Shown: positions 56,980-64,000 of the stretch, piece by piece
Position numbering within the stretch: position 1 is the stretch's first letter
Layout of the letters: every line of letters starts with the position of its first letter
From: Candidatus Nomurabacteria bacterium
GTDB taxonomy: Bacteria; Patescibacteriota; Minisyncoccia; Phycocordibacterales; UBA918
Direction of reading: 5' to 3'
DNA: 64,000 bases
Assembly: GCA_023898525.1 (NCBI GenBank)
Contig: CP060227.1
Coordinates: 823,662-887,661, forward strand
Position numbers and translations under genes: made by a program
The notes under the pieces: model-generated
What the model saw: only the letters and a program-made list of their open reading frames with translations
What the model was told of the DNA's origin: nothing
Database searches by the model: none

Positions 56980-58227
56980 ATGAAGCTGGCTGATATTTTT
57001 GAACTCATACTAATAGTCTTGATACCTTTGGTCCTACCGATTGTCTGGTGGTTTATTTTGCCTGGAGAATCGTCGGGAGCTGTATTCATGACTGTATTTG
57101 TAGTACAAATTATTTTGACTTTTTCACTCTATCTACTTACGCGCAGAAACATACGTGTAACCTCAGCTGAGATAGCTGTCTATAAGAGTGACGCTAATGA
57201 ACAATTTAATTCTATCTATGAGCGCAGTCCTATACCGTATGTCACCATCAATCAGACTGGTGAAATTATCATGTTTAATCCAGCTGCCGTAAATTTCTTT
57301 GAGAGCTCGACCGACTCAATTGTTGGACTCAATTTTTTTGACTTATTACTTGATGAACAGCCGGATAACTTATCGGTAGTAAAAGGCAAGGTTGATTCTG
57401 GTGTTACGGTAAATGATGAGGAATTGCAAATCCATACCACGGCCGGCAATATAAAATGGGCTTCATTATCCGTGTATCCATATGAAGTTAAGGATCAGAG
57501 ACTGGTTTCAATCCAAGATATTACCGAGCAGAAAATTGTTGATGCGGCCAAATCAGAGTTTGTGGCTTTAGCCACTCACCAACTTCGGACTCCAATCTCT
57601 GCTATTCGTTTTAACGTTGAATTATTGCAGAATAAGATGAAAGGAACTCTAACTGAAGATCAGACAAAGTACATAAATAAAATAGACCGTAATATTGTCC
57701 GGATGATCGCCTTGATCAACGATTTTCTTAGTGTGTCGAAACTTGAAATGGGAACCTTTGCTACGAGTTTACAGCCAATTGATATGACTCAATTTCTAGA
57801 TTCCATCGTGGATGAATATATTGAAAAGATTACTGATAAGAACATAAAGATGAGTCGTCATGACATACCGGCCAGTTTGTCTTATAACTCTGATTTAAGA
57901 CTATTGCATATTATAGTTAGTAACTTGATGTCAAACTCGGTTAAGTACACAAGAGCTAGTGGTGAGATAACTCTAAGTTATGAATTGCATGACAACAAGA
58001 CCATAGTGATAGTGGTGACTGATAATGGTATTGGTATACCAAGTAACGAAATCGATAATTTGTTTAGCAAATTCTATCGGGCCAGCAACGCGCAAGCTCA
58101 AAATACCGAGGGTACAGGGTTGGGCCTCTATATTGTGAAGTTGTCGGTTGAGAAACTGGGTGGAAAGATAGAGGTGGCGTCTGATACTGAAGTAGGGACT
58201 ACCTTCACTGTTACCTTACCTTATTAG
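56980..58227 (+). CDS. Sensor histidine kinase with N-terminal TM helices and a PAS-like domain
   Basis: H-box ATHQLRTPISAI. N-box and G-boxes (DNGIGIP, GTGLGL). Confidence 0.85.
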   Translation: MKLADIFELILIVLIPLVLPIVWWFILPGESSGAVFMTVFVVQIILTFSLYLLTRRNIRVTSAEIAVYKSDANEQFNSIYERSPIPYVTINQTGEIIMFNPAAVNFFESSTDSIVGLNFFDLLLDEQPDNLSVVKGKVDSGVTVNDEELQIHTTAGNIKWASLSVYPYEVKDQRLVSIQDITEQKIVDAAKSEFVALATHQLRTPISAIRFNVELLQNKMKGTLTEDQTKYINKIDRNIVRMIALINDFLSVSKLEMGTFATSLQPIDMTQFLDSIVDEYIEKITDKNIKMSRHDIPASLSYNSDLRLLHIIVSNLMSNSVKYTRASGEITLSYELHDNKTIVIVVTDNGIGIPSNEIDNLFSKFYRASNAQAQNTEGTGLGLYIVKLSVEKLGGKIEVASDTEVGTTFTVTLPY

Positions 58228-58275
58228 TGAAGATACTGTATGGTTAAGTTATAAAAACATGCTAGGATAGGTGGC

Positions 58276-59034
58276 ATGAAAATTGAGTATGAGTATATAT
58301 ATGGTAAACACGCTGTCTTTGAGGCATTAGACAGGCGTCCGGATATTGTTGGGCAGGTTTTTTTAGATGAGAATTTTTCTGACCAGAAAATAATTAACCA
58401 GATTGAAAAATTAGAGCTGACGCCTAAACTGTTAAACCTTAAAAACCCACCACGTGGGATATCAGCCAAGGCTAGTCACCAAGGGGTGGTGGTGGGTATC
58501 GTGCCTGATCGCTTATTGGTATCATATAAAAAATTTGTTTCTGAGCTTGAAGTTTCTTCGGACACAGCTTTGCTGATTTTGGGTGAAGTTCAAGATCCTC
58601 ATAACGTGGGGGCAGTTATTAGATCAGCGGCTGCCTTCGGTTTGGCTGGGGTTTTAATTCCTCCACATAATCAGGCTCCAGTTACTGGTACAGTTATAAA
58701 GGTCTCGGCTGGTATGGCTTTTCGAATTCCACTGGTTACAATCAGTAATGTGAACAGTGTGTCTCGTGATCTACAAAAGCGCGGTTTTTGGGTCTATGGA
58801 CTTGACGGTGAGGGAACGGTAACAACTACTACCGAAACTTACGAAAAACCAACTGCTTTTATTTTGGGTAACGAAGGATCCGGACTCCGACAAAAGACCA
58901 AGGAATTATGTGATGACATAGTTTCTGTACCAATTCACGGGCGTTGTGAATCACTAAATGCTGCAGCGGCAACTGCTGTAGTGCTGGCCTCGTGGAGTGC
59001 CAAACACCCTAGCGCACTGATTGAAAAAATATGA
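58276..59034 (+). CDS. TrmH/SpoU family RNA 2'-O-methyltransferase (RlmB-like)
   Basis: SpoU motifs NVGAVIRSAAAFG, GNEGSGL, ESLNAAAATAVVL. Confidence 0.8.
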   Translation: MKIEYEYIYGKHAVFEALDRRPDIVGQVFLDENFSDQKIINQIEKLELTPKLLNLKNPPRGISAKASHQGVVVGIVPDRLLVSYKKFVSELEVSSDTALLILGEVQDPHNVGAVIRSAAAFGLAGVLIPPHNQAPVTGTVIKVSAGMAFRIPLVTISNVNSVSRDLQKRGFWVYGLDGEGTVTTTTETYEKPTAFILGNEGSGLRQKTKELCDDIVSVPIHGRCESLNAAAATAVVLASWSAKHPSALIEKI

Positions 59035-59110
59035 TAGTATATCGACAACGTTAAGTCGCATCTTGGTGGTAAGCGTTGGTTAATTTATTTTTTTAGCTGT
59101 TATTATTTTT

Positions 59111-59932
59111 ATGGAAGAAGATAAAAAAAGAGTAGAAGAAGAGGTGTCGACTGGTGAAACCAGAGTTGATGAGACTCCGGTTGCTGGTTCAGAAGATAAG
59201 GCTGATTCTAGTTCGGTAACTAAAGCCAGCTCTAAGGGTAAGGGTATTTTGATATCCACGATTATTGCGGTAATTGTATTGGCTATTGGCTTAGTTTTTA
59301 TGTTGGAGCGTGACGGTCGGATAAACACTGGTTTATTTACTGGTGTAATTTCTTACCTAGATGCTAGAGAACCGGTCGCTAAAGTTAATGGTGCAGTTAT
59401 TCCTAAAAGTGATTTAGATAGTGGGGTACAACAGTTGGTGGAGATGGCTAAGTTGCAGGGAATAGAAGCAGACGAGGCAGCTATAGCTGAATTTCGTTCT
59501 CAAGCAATTGAAACCTTGGTTAACGGAGAACTTTTGCGTCAGGAGGCGGTAGAAAAAGGAATGACAGCTAGTGTTGAAGATATTGATGCAAGGTATAGTG
59601 AGATTGAAGATGGGGTTGGGGGTGCTGAAACTCTTGGCGTTAAAATGGCAGAATTCGGAATTACGGAAGAAAGTTTAAGACGCGATATTGAAAATGAGAT
59701 TTTAATTCAGGCGTTGTTCGATACTGTTGTTAATAAAGATGAAATAGAGGTAACCGAAGATGAAATAACTGATTTCTACAATCAGTCAGGTGGTCTAGAA
59801 GCTGGCTTACCTGAGATTGATGAGGTTAAAGATCAGATAGTTGATCAGCTTAAGTTCAATAAGGAGCAAGAAGTGATCGGTACTTATATTGACGATTTGC
59901 GTGAAGGGGCTGAAATTGAGATTTTGATTTAA
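59111..59932 (+). CDS. Membrane-anchored SurA-N/PpiD-like chaperone domain protein
   Basis: Acidic N-terminus, one TM helix, then a SurA-N-like helical domain (VNGAVIPKSDLDS...LL.QEA...G). Confidence 0.45.
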   Translation: MEEDKKRVEEEVSTGETRVDETPVAGSEDKADSSSVTKASSKGKGILISTIIAVIVLAIGLVFMLERDGRINTGLFTGVISYLDAREPVAKVNGAVIPKSDLDSGVQQLVEMAKLQGIEADEAAIAEFRSQAIETLVNGELLRQEAVEKGMTASVEDIDARYSEIEDGVGGAETLGVKMAEFGITEESLRRDIENEILIQALFDTVVNKDEIEVTEDEITDFYNQSGGLEAGLPEIDEVKDQIVDQLKFNKEQEVIGTYIDDLREGAEIEILI

Positions 59933-59948
59933 CAGTCTTTCATTCAAG

Positions 59949-59977
59949 GAAAAAACCGAGGATGCTCTCGGTTTTTT
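59949..59977 (+). terminator. Rho-independent terminator
   Basis: AAAAACCGAGGATGCTCTCGGTTTTTTT. Confidence 0.7.
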
Positions 59978-60041
59978 TGTAGCCTAGCTGGGTGGGAAAA
60001 TCGGGTGTTTTAACACCCGATTTTCCCACCCAGCTAGGCTA
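59978..60041. repeat. 64-nt perfect palindrome (30-bp stem, 4-nt loop) immediately upstream of mgtE
   Basis: GTAGCCTAGCTGGGTGGGAAAATCGGGTGTT-TTAA-CACCCGATTTTCCCACCCAGCTAGGCTAC. Confidence 0.8.
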
Positions 60042-60058
60042 CCTGTTATACTTAACTA

Positions 60059-61312
60059 ATGACAAAAGATTTGGAAAAGATGGTTAGAAAAATTTCTAGA
60101 GATCCAGCTGAGCGCGTGGCCCTTTTGAGGTCGCTTTCTTTAGGAGAGCAGAGTGCTGTGTTTCAGGAACTGTCACCACACGTGCAACAGACCTTACTAA
60201 GTCAATTACGGATAACTGAAATAGTCGATATCATCGATCATTTGGATCCACGTCAAGCAGAAAATATTTTGCCGAGAGTTAAGAATGACAAACAGCGGTT
60301 GAAAATAATAAAGAAAATCAAAACTGAAGCTAGAGAAAAAATAGAATTCTTTTTACGCTTTCATCCAAAGGCGACAATGTCGCTCATTAGTTTTAACTAT
60401 GTCCTACTACCGAGCAAGGCCAGAATCAATGAAGCGGCAGACGCGATTGAGGAACATTATCACGATACCGGTAAATTCCCAGAAGTCTTGATACACGATA
60501 ATGGACAGTTGGTTGGTGAAGTTCCGATGTCTACCTTGGTGAGGTATCGCAACGGTTCAACTCTGAAAAAATATATCACACCAGTACAGACCATCACTTA
60601 TCAGGCTGAGGTGGCCCAGGTTATTGATATTTTGACCGAATCAAAGCGTAAAAAGGTAGTTGTTCTTGATAATGATCAGAGTGTATTGGGGGTTATTTAT
60701 GCTGATGAAGCATTGGAATTATTTGGAAAGTTGCCAGCTGAGTCCCTTTATAATGTTAGTGGTGTTGATGAAAATGAGCGGCCTTTTGATACGGTGTGGC
60801 GCAAGTTTAAAAATCGTTATAAATGGTTGATTTTAAACTTGGCCACCGCTTTTTTGGCTGGTTCTATGATTTCTTTGTTTCAGGATACTTTAGCCACTTT
60901 GGTCATTTTGGCTATTTATATTCCGATTGTGGCCGGTATGGGAGGTAATGCAGCTAGTCAAACTTTTGCGGTGATGTTGCGTGGGATAACTCTTGGGACT
61001 ATATCTTTAAGAAATGGTATGCCGGCTATTTGGCGAGAGGTGGGTGCGGGATTTTTAAACGGTATTCTGATTGGTTCGATAGTGGCGGTGATTTCGGTGG
61101 TTTGGAATAACGACCCTCTTTTAGGGGTGGTGGTTGGGCTTAGTATGGTTGGGGCACATCTCATCGCTGGTTTCTTTGGAGCCTTTGTGCCACTATTACT
61201 AAAACATTTAGGTAAAGATCCGGCTGCCACTTCTACTATTTTTATTTCCACGGCTACCGACGTCTTTGGATTGTTTATTCTCTTGGGACTAGGAACAATG
61301 ATCTTGTTGTAG
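60059..61312 (+). CDS. mgtE: Magnesium transporter MgtE
   Basis: N-terminal MgtE_N, tandem CBS domains and a C-terminal 5-TM domain carrying the typical Asp. Confidence 0.85.
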   Translation: MTKDLEKMVRKISRDPAERVALLRSLSLGEQSAVFQELSPHVQQTLLSQLRITEIVDIIDHLDPRQAENILPRVKNDKQRLKIIKKIKTEAREKIEFFLRFHPKATMSLISFNYVLLPSKARINEAADAIEEHYHDTGKFPEVLIHDNGQLVGEVPMSTLVRYRNGSTLKKYITPVQTITYQAEVAQVIDILTESKRKKVVVLDNDQSVLGVIYADEALELFGKLPAESLYNVSGVDENERPFDTVWRKFKNRYKWLILNLATAFLAGSMISLFQDTLATLVILAIYIPIVAGMGGNAASQTFAVMLRGITLGTISLRNGMPAIWREVGAGFLNGILIGSIVAVISVVWNNDPLLGVVVGLSMVGAHLIAGFFGAFVPLLLKHLGKDPAATSTIFISTATDVFGLFILLGLGTMILL

Positions 61313-61357
61313 TTTCTTACATTGATTTTATCTAAGTTCTAGATTATATTTTTTGAC

Positions 61358-62155
61358 ATGTTGTCTCAGGCCCTAATCTTTTCATTAGTCATAATGTCGA
61401 TCTCTTTGGTTGGTGTGGTTTTTGTTCAAAAAACTACTCGTGACTTCTTAGAGAACAGATTATCATTCCTCGTTTCTTTTTCGGCTGGCGTTTTTTTGAT
61501 CACGGCTGGGGCAATTGGTCTTGAAGTGTTCTCAGTGGCAACCTCTCCCTGGTTAGGGGCCGGCTTAATAATACTTGGTTATCTTTTGGCGTCTGGCATT
61601 CATTTTGTTTTACCGGAAACTCACCATCACCATGATAAGGATTGTCACAAAAAACACCACGGGGCTAAGCGTTTAATTATTGGAGACTCTCTCCATAATG
61701 CGGCTGATGGAGTAGTGCTGATAACTGCTTTTGGAGCATCGGCCACCCTTGGTTTTGCAGTAGCTGTCTCTATCATCATTCATGAAGCGTTACAGGAGAT
61801 CTCTGAATTTTTTGTTTTAAAGCAGGCTGGTTTTTCAACTATGAAGGCTCTATTCATAAACTTTCTATCTTCCAGTACAATCCTTGTTGGTGTACTAATT
61901 GGTTATTACGCTTTGGCTTCAGAGACTGTTGAAATGGTCCTTTTGGCTGTGAGTGTTGGATTCTTTTTGCATGTGGTTATCCATGATTTGTTGCCGAAGC
62001 GGTCTCATCATGAGACGTCAAGTCAATTTTTTAAACATATGCTTTGGGTATTGTTGGGGGTAATTCTAATGTTTTCTGTTTCAACTTTCTTAAGCGAATC
62101 ACATAACCACTCCGAAAGTAATTTGACAGAGTCTAGTCTAGATAATGAATATTAA
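61358..62155 (+). CDS. ZIP-family metal (Zn/Fe) transporter (ZupT-like)
   Basis: His-rich loop HHHHDKDCHKKHHG. HNAADG and HEALQE motifs. 8 TM. Confidence 0.75.
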   Translation: MLSQALIFSLVIMSISLVGVVFVQKTTRDFLENRLSFLVSFSAGVFLITAGAIGLEVFSVATSPWLGAGLIILGYLLASGIHFVLPETHHHHDKDCHKKHHGAKRLIIGDSLHNAADGVVLITAFGASATLGFAVAVSIIIHEALQEISEFFVLKQAGFSTMKALFINFLSSSTILVGVLIGYYALASETVEMVLLAVSVGFFLHVVIHDLLPKRSHHETSSQFFKHMLWVLLGVILMFSVSTFLSESHNHSESNLTESSLDNEY

Positions 62156-62182
62156 GATAACTTTTGTTATAATTTCCAAACA

Positions 62183-62767
62183 ATGTCTAACACTAAGTAT
62201 TGGCCAACTTATTTTCTATTAGCTGTTTTAGTGGTTATGGGTGCAGTTTTCCTCTATCTAACTAATGAACATAATAAGCGCATGGAAACAATTGCGATTG
62301 GCGAAACCAATCGCCAGTTGGCTGAATCAAATCTAAATATACAAGATGGTGGTGTTACAGACACTAAAAATACCAAATCAGATGATTGGCATACAATTTA
62401 TCCAGTGACAAAACCGTTGCGAATCGGAAACGTAGAGGTGGAGGCTTCGGTGGCTAAAACTTGGGCTGATCGTATTAAGGGATTGTCAGACACTCCCTAT
62501 TTGCCTGATAATGTGGTCAAATTGTTTGTCTTTGATGCTGAGGCTGAGCATGGTATTTGGATGAAAGATATGAATTACGCAATCGATATTATCTGGGTAG
62601 ACGAAAATAATAAGATTGTAGATATAAAAAAGAACGCCACCCCAGAAAGTTACCCAGAATCATTTACTCCATCTGTTCCAGCTCTATATGTAATAGAAAC
62701 AGTTTCTGGTTTTGTTGATCAGCATCAGATTAGTATTGGTGACGAAGTGGCTAACGTTAAAAAGTAG
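62183..62767 (+). CDS. DUF192 domain protein (COG1430)
   Basis: N-terminal TM/signal. Central aromatic DUF192 motifs (W.D.I) in the stretch ...GLSDTPYLPDNVVKLFVFD...GIWMKDMNYAIDIIWVDEN.KI. Confidence 0.65.
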   Translation: MSNTKYWPTYFLLAVLVVMGAVFLYLTNEHNKRMETIAIGETNRQLAESNLNIQDGGVTDTKNTKSDDWHTIYPVTKPLRIGNVEVEASVAKTWADRIKGLSDTPYLPDNVVKLFVFDAEAEHGIWMKDMNYAIDIIWVDENNKIVDIKKNATPESYPESFTPSVPALYVIETVSGFVDQHQISIGDEVANVKK

Positions 62768-62784
62768 GCGATTGCTTGAATCAC

Positions 62785-63804
62785 CACCCTAATTGCACAG
62801 ACCATCACTTCCAAAATATCTGATGTGGAGACTTGAAATTATGTCTCTTTCTAGGACGATGATTTATACGACGAACCGCTTCAGAAAGTTCTTGTGGAGT
62901 AATGGTGTTGAAATCCAAGTCTTTCGGAAAATATTGTCGAAGTAGCCCGTTAGTATTTTCATTGGTACCACGCTCCCAAGAGTGGTATGGATAAGCAAAG
63001 TACACAGTCATACTCGTTTGTTTCTCAAACCGTTCCCAGTCACTGAACTCGGTACCGTTATCAAAGGTAGCGGTCTTTCGTTTGTTTTTGGGTATACGCC
63101 TGAATTTTTCCACCGCCAGTTTAGTGAGTAAAGTAGCATTTAATTTTGGCAGAAGATACGCAATTAGATACCCGCTTCTGCGATCAACGAAGGTGACAAT
63201 ACGTACTCGTTTGTCTCTTCCCAGCATAGTATCTCCCTCCCAATCTCCCAAACGGGAGCGACGTTCAATAATGGGCGGTCGTTCATCAATACGACGTTTC
63301 TTGGCTCTTTCACGAACTTTTTCACGTATTTTGGTGCCTCGTTTGCGCCGATACTTGCCTTTCTGAGAACGAAGAAATTGTTTAAGGTGTGGAGCTCGTT
63401 CGTTAATGTATCGGTAGATAGTGCTCGCAGAGATGTCATCACGTACTCCGACTATCTGTTCCGGTGAGTAGTGTTGTTTTAATAATCGTTTCACTTCTCG
63501 TAATAATACTCCTTTGAGTATTCTAGTACCTTCCATAGCAATGATACGTGCCTGTTTTTTCTTTCTGCGAACCTCGCGAGCATCGTATCTATCCCGACCA
63601 CCATACGCTTTAATATGTCTATTAACCGCACTTGGATCTTTGTTGATAATGTGCGCAATCTCCACTCCTGAGTATCCCGCTTTGAGCATACGTGAAATAA
63701 CCGGCCAGTCTTCCGGTCCTATTTGTTTGTGTGACATACAAAAGCAGTATGTATGTCATCTTGACCTGTGCAATTAGGGTGCAAAGGATTGTGCAATTAG
63801 GGTG
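62785..63804 (-). mobile_element. IS30-family insertion sequence (about 1 kb) with terminal inverted repeats; the right-end IR is duplicated
   Basis: IRL CACCCTAATTGCACAG at 62785-62800. Inverted copies CTGTGCAATTAGGGTG at 63766-63781 and TTGTGCAATTAGGGTG at 63789-63804. Confidence 0.7.
62805..63737 (-). CDS. IS30 family transposase (DDE)
   Basis: N-terminal HTH. DDE region LGDWEGDTM...TFDNGTEF...WERGTNENTNGLLRQYFPK. Confidence 0.85.
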   Translation of the reverse strand: MSHKQIGPEDWPVISRMLKAGYSGVEIAHIINKDPSAVNRHIKAYGGRDRYDAREVRRKKKQARIIAMEGTRILKGVLLREVKRLLKQHYSPEQIVGVRDDISASTIYRYINERAPHLKQFLRSQKGKYRRKRGTKIREKVRERAKKRRIDERPPIIERRSRLGDWEGDTMLGRDKRVRIVTFVDRRSGYLIAYLLPKLNATLLTKLAVEKFRRIPKNKRKTATFDNGTEFSDWERFEKQTSMTVYFAYPYHSWERGTNENTNGLLRQYFPKDLDFNTITPQELSEAVRRINHRPRKRHNFKSPHQIFWK

Positions 63805-63847
63805 AGAATTCAGGTTGAGCGACTGGAAATTTTATAAAAATGTGGTA

Positions 63848-64000
63848 TATTTATTTTGCATGGTGATCGCCCAGCACCATTTTTTGTTGTCATTTTAAAT
63901 ACACTGCGGTTTACGAAGTTACTTAAGTTTACTCAGCTTGTGTAAATGAATGATTACCAAAAATGGTGCTGGGAGGAAAGTCCGAACACACTCGAGCACC
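63848..64000 (+). ncRNA. rnpB: RNase P RNA (rnpB), 5' portion with an extended P3; continues beyond the window
   Basis: P4 region GGAGGAAAGTCCGAACACACTCGAGCAC (compare Bacillus GAGGAAAGUCCAUGCUCGCAC). It is preceded by a P3-like long hairpin CCCAGCACCATTTTT...AAAAATGGTGCTGGG and a P2-like GGTGATCG. Confidence 0.5.

Noticed and set aside
1-64000. Alternative genetic code with UGA read as Gly (code 25) or Trp (code 4).
   Set aside because: TGA closes confidently called genes (rayT; and the tag-like frames considered above). The long ORFs do not need UGA read-through. An RF2 gene is present.

Overview
This 64-kb window reads as a small-genome, roughly 40% GC bacterium with standard code 11, because TGA, TAA and TAG all close confidently called genes and an RF2 gene is present. 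The gene content (type IV pilus cluster, gatCA, many short hypothetical genes, a giant surface protein, an intron-containing tRNA) suggests a Patescibacteria/CPR-like lineage, but that is not proven.

Contents, in order:
- A type IV pilus operon: pilT (5'-truncated by the window), pilC, a major pilin, pilD and four pseudopilins.
- ligA, gatC, gatA and a membrane protein with a HEPN-like Rx4H motif.
- A tandemly duplicated tRNA-like region with a CAU anticodon loop, closed by a 27-bp hairpin.
- A 2639-aa secreted giant protein with a TcB/SpvB N-terminal domain, FG-GAP repeats, RHS/YD repeats, an Rhs core and a variable C-terminal toxin, followed by a small membrane protein that may be the immunity partner.
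- A RayT (REP-associated Y1 transposase) gene flanked by inverted GGGGTCAGCCACC repeats.
- Two tandem paralogous sugar nucleotidyltransferases.
- A tRNA cluster: tRNA-Met(CAU), tRNA-Asp(GUC) split by a 256-nt group I intron, and convergent tRNA-Thr(CGU) and tRNA-Thr(GGU).
- An island of small membrane ORFs, then prfB, ftsE, ftsX and pyrG.
- tRNA-Gln(UUG) embedded in a repeat-rich structured region that shares covarying hairpin blocks with the earlier tRNA-like locus.
- An IS200/IS605 element inserted at TTAC into an ASCH-domain gene.
- A run of NUDIX, HAD and CYTH genes, an EgtD-like methyltransferase fusion and an M3-like peptidase.
- A copper island: an SPA-variant P1B ATPase, a CopB-type CPH ATPase, a CxxC/CP-motif membrane protein and a multicopper oxidase.
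- A lexA-dinB operon with a GTAC-N4-GTAC palindrome in its promoter.
- A two-component system, rlmB, mgtE preceded by a 64-nt perfect palindrome, a ZIP transporter, and a DUF192 gene.
- An IS30-family element, and the 5' part of rnpB at the window edge.
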